A stretch of DNA of 36,414 bases from an uncultured Flavobacteriales bacterium (GTDB taxonomy: Bacteria; Bacteroidota; Bacteroidia; Flavobacteriales_D; SKUL01): NCBI GenBank assembly GCA_937911795.1, contig CALDPJ010000025.1, positions 1 through 36,414 of the forward strand. Direction: 5' to 3'. Position numbers and translations under genes: made by a program. The notes beneath the pieces are model-generated. The model did not search any database. It was given only the letters and a program-made list of their open reading frames with translations, and was not told where the DNA came from. Shown piece after piece: positions 1 through 8,166 of this stretch; position 1 is the first letter of the stretch; each line of letters starts with the position of its first letter.

Positions 1-96
1 TTCATTTTATTGTCAGTATTATTTATTTTCCAATCGGACTATTGTCGAAATCCAAGTTTCCCTATTTGAGGGGCCTTGAATTTCGTGCCGTGTTGT

Positions 97-1035
97 CTAA
101 AGATTTTTTGTTTTTACCATTTGTGCCATCAATTCAGCCTCTGTAACAACCTTGTCATTGGCATAGGCCTTGCCGCTCATGTGGACAATACCTCGGCGGA
201 TGGGAGACATAAGCTCCAGTTTAAAGATCAAAGTGTCTCCCGGAAGCACCTGTTGTTTAAATTTGACATTGTTTATCTTCATAAAAAATGTGAGATAGTT
301 TTCTGGGTCTGGCACGGTACTTAAAGCCAAAATCCCACCTGTTTGCGCCATGGCCTCCACTATTAGAACCCCTGGCATTACTGGGGCTCCAGGAAAATGG
401 CCGACGAAAAAAGGCTCATTCATGGTAACGTTTTTAAGACCCATTACATAGTCATCTCCCAATTCCATGATCTTGTCCACCCACTTAGGATCGCCATTCA
501 AGCCACCCAAAGCAGAACCTTGAACTACAGGAATGTTGTCGCCATCGAAATCGTAGAAGCTTAATAGATCTCTGATCTCCATCTCAACAAGCTCAAGAAG
601 TTCAGGATCATCTACCAAGTCAACTTTGTTCATGAATACTACTAGGGCAGGAACACCTACCTGACGAGCCAACAATATGTGCTCTCTTGTTTGAGGCATA
701 GGGCCGTCAGTCGCAGCTACCACCAAGATAGCACCGTCCATTTGAGCAGCACCTGTTACCATGTTCTTTACATAGTCGGCGTGACCAGGACAGTCTACGT
801 GTGCATAGTGTCTCTTTTCTGTAGTATACTCTACGTGTGAAGTATTGATGGTGATACCTCTTTCTTTTTCTTCCGGCGCATTGTCGATAGAGTCAAAGCT
901 GCGCGTTTCAGAAAGACCAAGACCAGCCAATACAGTAGTAATTGCAGCTGTCAATGTGGTTTTTCCATGATCCACGTGACCGATAGTACCGATATTCACG
1001 TGGGGTTTGGAACGATCATAAGTTTCTTTAGCCAT
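97..1035 (-). CDS. tuf: Chimeric ORF: elongation factor Tu GTPase domain (aa 1-~192) fused in frame to the C-terminal ~120 aa of 3-hydroxyacyl-ACP dehydratase FabZ
   Basis: The N-terminus [28 protein letters not shown]...DCPGHADY...NKVDL is an unmistakable EF-Tu G domain. From aa ~193 the sequence [42 protein letters not shown]... is the FabZ hot-dog fold with the catalytic GHFPG/EAMAQ motifs. EF-Tu domains II and III are absent. ATG at 1035. Confidence 0.85.
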   Translation of the reverse strand: MAKETYDRSKPHVNIGTIGHVDHGKTTLTAAITTVLAGLGLSETRSFDSIDNAPEEKERGITINTSHVEYTTEKRHYAHVDCPGHADYVKNMVTGAAQMDGAILVVAATDGPMPQTREHILLARQVGVPALVVFMNKVDLVDDPELLELVEMEIRDLLSFYDFDGDNIPVVQGSALGGLNGDPKWVDKIMELGDDYVMGLKNVTMNEPFFVGHFPGAPVMPGVLIVEAMAQTGGILALSTVPDPENYLTFFMKINNVKFKQQVLPGDTLIFKLELMSPIRRGIVHMSGKAYANDKVVTEAELMAQMVKTKNL

Positions 1036-1100
1036 AGTTCCTCAGTTGTTTAATTGTTCGTGTATTTGTTGTTATCTAAAGTTAATAGTTCCTATTCAAG

Positions 1101-1172
1101 AGCCAATGAGGGGAATTGAACCCCTGACCTCTTCCTTACCAAGGAAGCGCTCTACCCCTGAGCTACATCGGC
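1101..1172 (-). tRNA. tRNA-Thr (anticodon GGT)
   Basis: The reverse complement GCCGATGTAGCTCAGGGGTAGAGCGCTTCCTTGGTAAGGAAG...GGTTCAATTCCCCTCATTGGCT folds as a cloverleaf by hand. The anticodon loop is TTGGTAA. It lies immediately upstream of tuf, as thrT does in the classic thrU-tyrU-glyT-thrT-tufB cluster. Confidence 0.9.
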
Positions 1173-1181
1173 TTTTCAATG

Positions 1182-1254
1182 AGCGGGAGACGAGATTCGA
1201 ACTCGCGACCCTCAGCTTGGAAGGCTGATGCTCTACCAACTGAGCTACTCCCGC
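1182..1254 (-). tRNA. tRNA-Gly (anticodon TCC)
   Basis: The reverse complement GCGGGAGTAGCTCAGTTGGTAGAGCATCAGCCTTCCAAGCTGAGGGTCGCGAGTTCGAATCTCGTCTCCCGCT has anticodon loop CTTCCAA. Confidence 0.9.
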
Positions 1255-1261
1255 TAATAAA

Positions 1262-1279
1262 CTTTGACTCACGTCAAAG
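1262..1279 (-). other. 7-bp hairpin in the tRNA-Tyr/tRNA-Gly spacer (possible processing or attenuation structure)
   Basis: CTTTGAC-tcac-GTCAAAG is a perfect inverted repeat inside the 46-nt inter-tRNA spacer. Confidence 0.3.
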
Positions 1280-1300
1280 CTTCAATATAAAAAGACCGTG

Positions 1301-1382
1301 TGGGGAGAGCAGGATTCGAACCTGCGAAGTCGAAGACAACAGATTTACAGTCTGCCCCAGTTGGCCGCTTTGGTATCTCCCC
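1301..1382 (-). tRNA. tRNA-Tyr (anticodon GTA), long variable arm
   Basis: The reverse complement GGGGAGATACCAAAGCGGCCAACTGGGGCAGACTGTAAATCTGTTGTCTTCGACTTCGCAGGTTCGAATCCTGCTCTCCCCA has anticodon loop CTGTAAA and a class II variable arm. Confidence 0.9.
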
Positions 1383-1404
1383 TCGTTTTTTCAATGCTTC
1401 AATG

Positions 1405-1478
1405 AGCCGGCAGAGGGACTCGAACCCACGACCTGCTGATTACAAATCAGCTGCTCTAGCCAACTGAGCTATGCCGGC
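1405..1478 (-). tRNA. tRNA-Thr (anticodon TGT)
   Basis: The reverse complement GCCGGCATAGCTCAGTTGGCTAGAGCAGCTGATTTGTAATCAGCAGGTCGTGGGTTCGAGTCCCTCTGCCGGCT has anticodon loop TTTGTAA. Confidence 0.9.
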
Positions 1479-1513
1479 ATTAAAGCCTATTAAAGTATTT
1501 TCAAGAACGCTAC

Positions 1514-1550
1514 AAACAAAAAATGCAGACCTCTCCTTAAAAAGGTCTGC
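1514..1550 (-). terminator. Rho-independent terminator downstream of hpf
   Basis: On the minus strand the stem GCAGACC...GGTCTGC (1525-1531 / 1544-1550) is followed by ATTTTTTGTTTG. Confidence 0.6.
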
Positions 1551-1557
1551 AAATGTA
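1550..1557 (-). promoter_or_regulatory. Bacteroidota sigma-A type -7 box (TACATTTG) for the tRNA-tuf operon
   Basis: A perfect TAnnTTTG octamer on the minus strand lies ~72 nt upstream of the first tRNA. The same 11-mer, TACATTTGCAG, occurs upstream of rpsU. Confidence 0.4.
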
Positions 1558-1655
1558 TGAAAGATTTAGCGCTACACAAAAAATATCTAAGAGTATTTTT
1601 ATCTATAGCTGCTGATGGTTTAAAAAAAGTGTTGTTTTAGTGTTTGAAGCGGGAT

Positions 1656-1964
1656 TCAGGAGGCCAGTCTGACCTTTCTTTTGCCTTTTGATTTCATCAA
1701 TTGTCGACGAAGCGCTTCGACAGATTCGTCAATTCCTTCTTCAAAAGACTTGCATTGCCGTTTGGCGAATAATTCCTTTCCCGGAATATGAATCCGGATT
1801 TCAGAAACTTTGTTCTTGGTGTCTTCAGATTTTTCGAGTTTCAAAATAACCTCTCCTGTAATGATGTGATCGAAAAACTGCTCTAACTTGTCAACTTTTT
1901 CCTGTACAAATGAAATGAGTTTCTGATCAGCTTTGAATTGAATGGAATGAACATTTAATTGCAT
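1656..1964 (-). CDS. hpf: Ribosome hibernation promoting factor / RaiA family (short form)
   Basis: The 102-aa product MQLNVHSIQFKADQKLISFVQEKVDKL...IHIPGKELFAKRQCKSFEEGIDESVEALRRQL fits the sigma-54 modulation/S30EA family pattern. ATG start. Confidence 0.8.
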   Translation of the reverse strand: MQLNVHSIQFKADQKLISFVQEKVDKLEQFFDHIITGEVILKLEKSEDTKNKVSEIRIHIPGKELFAKRQCKSFEEGIDESVEALRRQLMKSKGKRKVRLAS

Positions 1965-1990
1965 GTCGATAAGATTTTTGAGTTTATAAT

Positions 1991-2875
1991 TTATCCCTTT
2001 GGATGCGCCTTTTTATGCACATCCTTTAATTGAGCAATCGAATTGTGTGTGTAAAGTTGAGTCGCGGCAAGACTCGAGTGTCCCAGAAGTTCCTTGATAG
2101 CACCGAGGTCTGCTCCTTTATTCAACATATGGGTGGCGAAGGTGTGTCTCAAGACATGTGGACTTTTCTTCTTCAGCGTAGTAACAAGACCAAGGTAGCG
2201 ATTCACGATTCTATAAACAAGTTTTTCGTACAATTTAACACCGTCTGATTTTACGATTAAGAAGTCGTTTTGGTTCGCAAAATTCTGCTCTGTTTTTAAC
2301 GCGACGTAGTCTTTTAGTATTTCACCCAAAACCGGACTAATCGGAATGATACGCTCCTTGTTTCTTTTGCCCAGCACCTTAATCTGGTTTTGCTCCAAAT
2401 CCACATTTGAAGTGCGGAGGTTGATCAGTTCCGACAGTCGGATACCCGTATTGTACAGCAGTTCGATAATCAATCCATCACGCTGTCCTTCGAAATCGGA
2501 TTCGAACATATCCGGCGAAAAAAGTGCGTCCATACTTTTTTCTTCAACAAATACCGGAAGTCTTTTTCCGCCTTTCGGGGCCACCACCTTAATCATAGGA
2601 TTGGCGGAAATAACAGCACTGCGCTTGAGAAATTTAAAATAGGCCTTAAGACAGGAAATTTTTCTGTTGACGGTGTGATTGCTCAGCCCCTGTTCAATCA
2701 GCCAGACAATCCAGGAACGGATGTGAATGTGACCAATTTGATCGGGTTTAACGATTTCATATTGGTCGGAGCAATAGTTCAGAAATTGTTTCAGATCATT
2801 CCGGTAGGCCTGCACCGTATGAACGGAATACCGCTTTTCGTACTGGATGTATTCGATGAACGATTTTTCAGGCAT
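1991..2875 (-). CDS. Tyrosine recombinase, XerC/XerD-like (phage integrase family)
   Basis: The 294-aa product has an N-terminal SAM-like domain and a C-terminal catalytic region with RLSEL, HVLRHTFATH and LGHSSLAATQLYTH. Its position between rpsU and hpf-tRNA-tuf is conserved in Bacteroidota. Confidence 0.85.
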   Translation of the reverse strand: MPEKSFIEYIQYEKRYSVHTVQAYRNDLKQFLNYCSDQYEIVKPDQIGHIHIRSWIVWLIEQGLSNHTVNRKISCLKAYFKFLKRSAVISANPMIKVVAPKGGKRLPVFVEEKSMDALFSPDMFESDFEGQRDGLIIELLYNTGIRLSELINLRTSNVDLEQNQIKVLGKRNKERIIPISPVLGEILKDYVALKTEQNFANQNDFLIVKSDGVKLYEKLVYRIVNRYLGLVTTLKKKSPHVLRHTFATHMLNKGADLGAIKELLGHSSLAATQLYTHNSIAQLKDVHKKAHPKG

Positions 2876-2911
2876 AAAAAAAGGGGATGAAAACCAATGT
2901 TTCCATCCCCC
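2876..2911 (-). terminator. Rho-independent terminator downstream of rpsU
   Basis: On the minus strand the stem GGGGATG...CATCCCC is followed by a T7 run that ends directly at the xer ATG (2875). Confidence 0.55.
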
Positions 2912-2942
2912 GAATATGGGAAGAATATTTTTAAATTCCGGA

Positions 2943-3134
2943 TTATTCGCTTTCGCGACGCATTTTACCTGTGTAACGCGCTTTCAATAATTGCTTTCGT
3001 TCCTCCACCGACTTTTTGGTGAAGTGCTGACGCGCACGCAACTGGCGCATGGTGCCGGTACGTTCAAATTTCTTTTTAAAACGTTTGAGAGCACGCTCAA
3101 TATTTTCTCCTTCTTTAACAGGAATGATCAACAT
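2943..3134 (-). CDS. rpsU: 30S ribosomal protein S21
   Basis: MLIIPVKEGENIERALKRFKKKFERTGTMRQLRARQHFTKKSVEERK is the S21 family. I chose the ATG at 3134 rather than the ORF-track start at 3170, because a -7 promoter box lies at 3160-3167. Confidence 0.9.
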   Translation of the reverse strand: MLIIPVKEGENIERALKRFKKKFERTGTMRQLRARQHFTKKSVEERKQLLKARYTGKMRRESE

Positions 3135-3159
3135 GTGACTTTCTTTTTTAATTGGCCTG

Positions 3160-3167
3160 CAAATGTA
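3160..3167 (-). promoter_or_regulatory. Sigma-A type -7 box (TACATTTG) for rpsU
   Basis: A perfect TAnnTTTG octamer lies 26 nt upstream of the rpsU ATG. Confidence 0.45.
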
Positions 3168-3205
3168 CAAACTTATTCGTCTATTCCAAGAGCAAATATC
3201 ACTTT

Positions 3206-3739
3206 TTAATATTTCACAAGACTATGAACTGCAGCCTGATTTTTAGAAAGCTTCTCCTGCCCTTTCAGAAATCCGAGTTCCACCAAAAATGAATAGGCCG
3301 CTACCTTTCCGCCCTGCTTTTTCACGAGACCGGCCGCGGCACCGGCTGTTCCACCGGTGGCAAGCAGGTCATCGTGTATCAGTACGCGCATATTTTTTTT
3401 AACCGCATCGCTGTGCATCTCGACCACCGCACTACCATACTCTAAATCATAAGAATGGGAAACCGTGTGGAACGGCAGTTTGCCCTGTTTACGTACCGGA
3501 ATAAATGGAACATCCAATGCCATTGCCAGCGGAAATCCGAAAAAGAAACCGCGGCTTTCTACACCGGCTACAGCGTCTACGCCAAGTGACCTGTATTCGT
3601 CGGCCATAAATTGAACAATGTCCGAACACAATTGAGCATCGAGCAGAATGGGTGTAATGTCCTTAAAAATGATTCCTTCTTTGGGGAAATCGCGCACATC
3701 GCGAATGGCTTTGCGAATGCGCTCTTCAAGTTTAGTCAT
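3206..3739 (-). CDS. apt: Adenine phosphoribosyltransferase
   Basis: The 177-aa product contains FKDITPILLD, GVESRGFFFG and the PRPP-binding motif VLIHDDLLATGGTA. Confidence 0.9.
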   Translation of the reverse strand: MTKLEERIRKAIRDVRDFPKEGIIFKDITPILLDAQLCSDIVQFMADEYRSLGVDAVAGVESRGFFFGFPLAMALDVPFIPVRKQGKLPFHTVSHSYDLEYGSAVVEMHSDAVKKNMRVLIHDDLLATGGTAGAAAGLVKKQGGKVAAYSFLVELGFLKGQEKLSKNQAAVHSLVKY

Positions 3740-4673
3740 GAATGACGAGGTAGGGTTTTATCCGGTTATAAATCGAATCGTTCATCAAATGCGAGCGGCG
3801 AATATCTTCAATTTTTTGATAGGCTCCATGAGATTCTCTCATCCGGATAATTGAATTGGCCAGGCTATAGGGGAAATACGGATGCTTTCTCAGCTCATCG
3901 AGAGTGATCTGGTTCAGATTAATTTTTTTGACCAGCCCAGGATCAAGTGTAAAGTGCGGAGCAATTTTATCCAGATGTTCGGCATCAAGATTATAAATCT
4001 CCAGGAGTTGTTCCATATTTAGATAGCCACCCAACGCCTCCCGATGTTCTACAATCTTCCGCGCAAAATAAGATCCTATTCCAAAAATTTGTTTCAGATC
4101 GTTCGTGTCGGCAGTATTTAGCTCAACAATGATATTGCGCTTATACGAATTCGAAGATTTCCGAGCTGACGTATCTCTATCACGGCTGTATGCTTCCTTA
4201 TAGAATGAGGTTGCTTCCGGTTTGTTTGCCGGAATTTTGATAAAGGGTTCTACTTGCTGAAAATCGCCTTCGCTCAATGAATAAATGCGGGACAAATCAG
4301 ATGGCCTCTTGAACTGTCCACCACTTTCACGATAACGAACAATGTTTGCCGCAACTTTAGCAGGAAGTCCCAGAATCTCAAACGAGTCTTTAGAAAGAGT
4401 ATTCGGATCAAAGTGAAATAGATTCCAGGATCGATCTGTTTCGGATATCACTGTTTCTCCTTCCCCCAAATCCAGAGCAGCCAATTCGCGGGATTCGTAA
4501 TACGCGGCAACGGCTTTCTCGAATGCAACATCATCTTCGACCGAGACCGGCATACGCGAATAGATGTACAACCCGGCAATCCAGCAAAGAATGATCAGAC
4601 TCAACACGAGAATTCCTTTCTTTTCGCTGGGAAAATACTCGAAGTAATCGCGAATGAATTTTTTGTAATTCAT
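3732..4673 (-). CDS. ComEA-like helix-hairpin-helix DNA-binding protein with N-terminal membrane anchor
   Basis: There is an N-terminal TM helix (GILVLSLIILCWIAGLYIY). Two HhH-type segments follow (LNTADTNDLKQIFGIGSYFARKIVEHRE and LNQITLDELRKHPYF...ANSIIRMRE). The ORF overlaps the apt start by 8 nt. Confidence 0.65.
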   Translation of the reverse strand: MNYKKFIRDYFEYFPSEKKGILVLSLIILCWIAGLYIYSRMPVSVEDDVAFEKAVAAYYESRELAALDLGEGETVISETDRSWNLFHFDPNTLSKDSFEILGLPAKVAANIVRYRESGGQFKRPSDLSRIYSLSEGDFQQVEPFIKIPANKPEATSFYKEAYSRDRDTSARKSSNSYKRNIIVELNTADTNDLKQIFGIGSYFARKIVEHREALGGYLNMEQLLEIYNLDAEHLDKIAPHFTLDPGLVKKINLNQITLDELRKHPYFPYSLANSIIRMRESHGAYQKIEDIRRSHLMNDSIYNRIKPYLVIHD

Positions 4674-4685
4674 GGTAAGTCATTC

Positions 4686-6476
4686 TCATAGAAACCTGCG
4701 AATTTCTCCGGACTTGATTCGCTTCATGTAATCCACCAGATCGAGACGCACTTCTCCAACCAGAATCAATAATCCAAATATATTCGGAAACGCCATTCCC
4801 AAAATCATCAGGTCAGAAAAATCGAGCACCGCACCGAGACTGGTAGAAGCCCCTATTACGATAAATATCAGGAAAATAAATTTATAAATGTTGCACTTGA
4901 GCTTGCTGTGACCGAACAGATAAGACCAGGCTTTCAGTCCGTAGTAGGACCATGAAACCATCGTACTGAATGCAAATAACAAAATGGCCAGAAGCAATAC
5001 CCAATCGAACCATCCGAAAATACTGCTGAATGCTGCAGAGGTCAGCTGCGATCCCTCAAGTCCCTGATTATCCATGGCATAACCTGTAAATATCAGAACA
5101 AGAGCAGTCATTGTACAAACCACAACGGTGTCGATAAATGGCTCAAGCAGCGCAACGATTCCTTCACTTATTGGTTCGTCGGTTTTAGAGGCCGAGTGTG
5201 CGATAGAGGCCGATCCTACTCCGGCTTCATTCGAAAAAGCAGCCCGTTGAAATCCGACAATTAATACGCCGATAAATCCTCCCTTCAGTGCATCGGAGGT
5301 GAAAGCACCATTGAAAATGAGTCCGAATGCTTCTGCCGTATGAGAGATATTGAAGAAAATTATAATGAGGGCGACCGTCACATAAATGCCCACCATAAAA
5401 GGAACGATCTTATCCGTTACGCGGGCAATACTTTTAATTCCGCCGATGATTACAAGACCGACGAGAACAGCCATAATCAATCCGAATAAAGCGCGGTTCT
5501 CAAGGAAAAACGGAACCTTACCTGCCATCTGCGCCCAGGCCTGATTGGCCTGAAACATATTTCCTCCACCGAATGAACCTCCGATACACAAAACAGCAAA
5601 TACCGCAGCCAGCACTTTACCCAAACCCGTCATTCCACGCAAAGCCAATGCCCGGCTGAGGTAGTACATTGGACCCCCACTCACTTCGCCATCACTGTTG
5701 ATGAAACGATATTTCACCCCCAATGTACACTCGGTGAATTTACTGGCCATTCCGAGCAATCCGGCACAAATCATCCAGAAAGTTGCCCCCGGTCCTCCCA
5801 GCGAAATGGCAATTGCAACACCAGCTATATTTCCCAGACCAACAGTAGCCGAAAGAGCAGTTGTCAACGCCTGAAAATGCGAAACCTCTCCTTTGTTATT
5901 AGGATCGTCATACTTTCCCCGAAGCAGCTCAATTGCATGTCTGATTCCGCGGAAATTGATAAAGCGCATTTTAATCGTGAAAAAAATCGCGCCGAAAACA
6001 AGCCATACAACTATAAATGGTATGGGCTGTTCGCGAGGATCGCCGTTTGGATGCAACACCGGATTTCCATTGTTATCGCGCACCACCGGATCATACATAC
6101 CGATAAACTCAAAGGGATCCCAGAAAAGAACCGAAGCAATTCCATTTACAATTGGAATAAAAGTGGAATTCAGATGTTCTTCTATCGATTTTCCATCAAC
6201 AACTCCCGAGAGAATAATTTCATTTCCATCGCCATCTGTCACGGCAACATTAAACGGCCGATTTTCAGTCAGTCCATAACATTCTTCAGAATCCAGTGGA
6301 GTTTGTTTGTCATGCCATTTATATGTGAAAGGACCATCCCCTTCTTCTATAACAACCCGTGCTATTCCGTCATTAATTTCTTTGGTAGGATTGTTGACCT
6401 CCAGGCGAGCCTGAAATTGTGCCGTCGCATTTATAACCAGAAACAGAAATAAAGGAAGGAGAAGAAATTGCTTCAT
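4686..6476 (-). CDS. Alanine/glycine:cation symporter (AGCS) family transporter with an N-terminal signal peptide and SprB-repeat-like extension
   Basis: The core matches the AGCS pattern: [37 protein letters not shown] and [22 protein letters not shown]. The first ~100 aa are extra (see findings). Confidence 0.85.
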   Translation of the reverse strand: MKQFLLLPLFLFLVINATAQFQARLEVNNPTKEINDGIARVVIEEGDGPFTYKWHDKQTPLDSEECYGLTENRPFNVAVTDGDGNEIILSGVVDGKSIEEHLNSTFIPIVNGIASVLFWDPFEFIGMYDPVVRDNNGNPVLHPNGDPREQPIPFIVVWLVFGAIFFTIKMRFINFRGIRHAIELLRGKYDDPNNKGEVSHFQALTTALSATVGLGNIAGVAIAISLGGPGATFWMICAGLLGMASKFTECTLGVKYRFINSDGEVSGGPMYYLSRALALRGMTGLGKVLAAVFAVLCIGGSFGGGNMFQANQAWAQMAGKVPFFLENRALFGLIMAVLVGLVIIGGIKSIARVTDKIVPFMVGIYVTVALIIIFFNISHTAEAFGLIFNGAFTSDALKGGFIGVLIVGFQRAAFSNEAGVGSASIAHSASKTDEPISEGIVALLEPFIDTVVVCTMTALVLIFTGYAMDNQGLEGSQLTSAAFSSIFGWFDWVLLLAILLFAFSTMVSWSYYGLKAWSYLFGHSKLKCNIYKFIFLIFIVIGASTSLGAVLDFSDLMILGMAFPNIFGLLILVGEVRLDLVDYMKRIKSGEIRRFL

Positions 6477-6637
6477 GAAAATTTATTTGGTTGCAGCAAA
6501 AATGCAAAAAATGATGGGTTAAACAATTTAATGCACATTCTGACACCAATAGACGATCGCACCGGTTTGAAACCAGTGGTTGACGTACGGTAGTTCAGTA
6601 TTGGGAAATCAGGAAAGCAGGAAAGCAAGGACGAAAA

Positions 6638-6862
6638 TCAGAAGTCCCAGACCGATTTCCGCTTTTTGAATTTGAAATATTCTTTATGCTCGAGCAGAAA
6701 AGCCATAGCCATGTAGATAATCAACGGCGAACCGAGCGTTAAAAACGAGGCGTAAATGAAGAATAACCGGATATCACTGGTGCGAATGCCCAGTTTATTG
6801 CCCCACCACGCACATACTCCAAAGGAGTTCTTCTCAAAAAAGGCTTTGATGTTATTAATCAT
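6638..6862 (-). CDS. PspC domain-containing small membrane protein
   Basis: The 74-aa product contains the PspC-like segment FGVCAWWGNKLGIRTSDIRLFFI followed by a TM helix. Confidence 0.6.
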   Translation of the reverse strand: MINNIKAFFEKNSFGVCAWWGNKLGIRTSDIRLFFIYASFLTLGSPLIIYMAMAFLLEHKEYFKFKKRKSVWDF

Positions 6863-8144
6863 TGGATACAGTTTTCAGGAGTTGGTTTCCGACGGCACAA
6901 TTTAAACATTTCTTTTTATCGCAATACTGTGCCTTCAGCTCCAATAACGCCTGTGATCTGCCAGCGTTGCCTGCTATCAATTGAATTTCACCGAGTTTTT
7001 TTATGACAGAATTATTTTCCGCAGGCAGCAGTTCGGTGATTTGCAGTGCTTTTTCGAGGTGAACCGGACTATCGACGTGCTTGCTGTACGCAAATAAAAA
7101 AGGCACAACGGTATTGATCAGAATATTTTCACGAGACGATGCTCCAAGATTTTTATCGGTTTTTCTGAAACTTTTTTTGTCGAAGTGATGATGGTCACTC
7201 CAGTATCCGGAGGCGCTGACATTAAAATCTTCGAGCAACTTCTTTACATCAGGTTGATCTACAATTGAATGAAATAAGCCTTTCGACTGATGTAGCAGCA
7301 CAGCAAACTGGGCAATTCGTACCGTCGGAAAATTAGGAGGCCGCATTCTTCCGAATTTCCAGCTCATTGGGTTCAGCGGAATCAGCCGGTGTTTCTTGCG
7401 AAGGAATGCGTATTCGTTCTGAAGCTTTTGTGGATGGTCATCCTGATACTGCGCATCGAGTAATCCCGCCTGTCCAAACAACAAGGCTTCGAGCATAAAC
7501 AAACTGGGTTGATATTTTGAAATGAGCTGAACCGGAATACTGCGGGCAAGCATCTCCATCGGTGGAGAATTCGTTTTAAACCCAAAGTTCAGTGCCAGTT
7601 GCTCGAATAACGTTTGTTGCCAATCACCGGTATTTCTCTTCAACCGATTCAATACCTCCTGCGATTTCCTTTCGAGCCGTTCAATCAACAGGCGCTCCAG
7701 CCAGTTCGACACCAGCAACTCGTCCACTTCACGAATACTGTTCTCACACGGAATATATTGTTTGCTTTCTATAAACGAAGTATATAAATCGAGCTGCTTT
7801 CTCGAAATTCTACCGGCCAGTTCGAGAACCGGAATATCGTCTCCGGCGGAATCTTTACTTGATTCGGCGGCATAATATACCACGTGAAGAACTACATTTT
7901 TATACGCCTGATCGTGCTGGTGACCATGCCGTTCCCAGTCCTTTTCATGCACGTGAATTTCTACATTTCCGGCCCAGGTAGTATCGGCTATGATAACCTG
8001 TGCGTTAAAAAAATCCGGTCCAGAATGGTGATTGTGCTGACCGGCGTTGATCACCTGCACTGATTTGCCATCGGTGGTGGTTAGGTCGCGTTGATTGAAC
8101 AGACCGTACTTCCAGATATGGTGTAAAAACTCCTCCTTCAACAT
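6855..8144 (-). CDS. DUF2851 family protein
   Basis: The 429-aa product has the His-rich N-terminus typical of DUF2851 proteins of Bacteroidota (HHIWKYGLF...GQHNHHSGPDFFNA...VEIHVHEKDWERHGH). It ends with a CxxC. Confidence 0.65.
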   Translation of the reverse strand: MLKEEFLHHIWKYGLFNQRDLTTTDGKSVQVINAGQHNHHSGPDFFNAQVIIADTTWAGNVEIHVHEKDWERHGHQHDQAYKNVVLHVVYYAAESSKDSAGDDIPVLELAGRISRKQLDLYTSFIESKQYIPCENSIREVDELLVSNWLERLLIERLERKSQEVLNRLKRNTGDWQQTLFEQLALNFGFKTNSPPMEMLARSIPVQLISKYQPSLFMLEALLFGQAGLLDAQYQDDHPQKLQNEYAFLRKKHRLIPLNPMSWKFGRMRPPNFPTVRIAQFAVLLHQSKGLFHSIVDQPDVKKLLEDFNVSASGYWSDHHHFDKKSFRKTDKNLGASSRENILINTVVPFLFAYSKHVDSPVHLEKALQITELLPAENNSVIKKLGEIQLIAGNAGRSQALLELKAQYCDKKKCLNCAVGNQLLKTVSND

Positions 8145-8166
8145 ACTGCCGGAATTATGAAGTTCC

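Noticed and set aside
1-96. A possible start of a downstream minus-strand gene (for example lpxA after fabZ), because the reverse complement of nt 1-5 reads ATGAA.
   Set aside because: Only five nucleotides are available, so there is no way to support a CDS call from this window.
1046-1439. Plus-strand ORFs 1046-1228 and 1179-1439 from the six-frame track.
   Set aside because: They lie entirely across the four minus-strand tRNA genes and reflect tRNA sequence, not coding potential.
1991-2875. A tyrosine recombinase next to a tRNA cluster, which could mark an integrated mobile element or genomic island.
   Set aside because: The order rpsU, xer-like recombinase, hpf, tRNA cluster, tuf is a conserved housekeeping arrangement in Bacteroidota. 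All flanking genes are core genes. I saw no duplicated tRNA 3' fragment (att-like direct repeat) and no phage or transposon genes.
5877-6452. 191-aa and 128-aa plus-strand ORFs antisense to the AGCS transporter.
   Set aside because: They are antisense shadow ORFs inside a well-supported gene. Their composition is low-complexity and Ile/Phe/Asn/Arg-rich. They have no family motifs and no promoter context.
6611-6631. Short tandem direct repeat AGGAAAGC AGGAAAGC AAGGA, and a nearby imperfect hairpin (CACCGGT...ACCAGTG, ~6560-6580), between the pspC-like gene and the AGCS gene.
   Set aside because: The repeat is very short at 2.5 copies of 8 nt. The hairpin lacks a following T-run. Neither can be told apart from chance or from a weak terminator without expression data.
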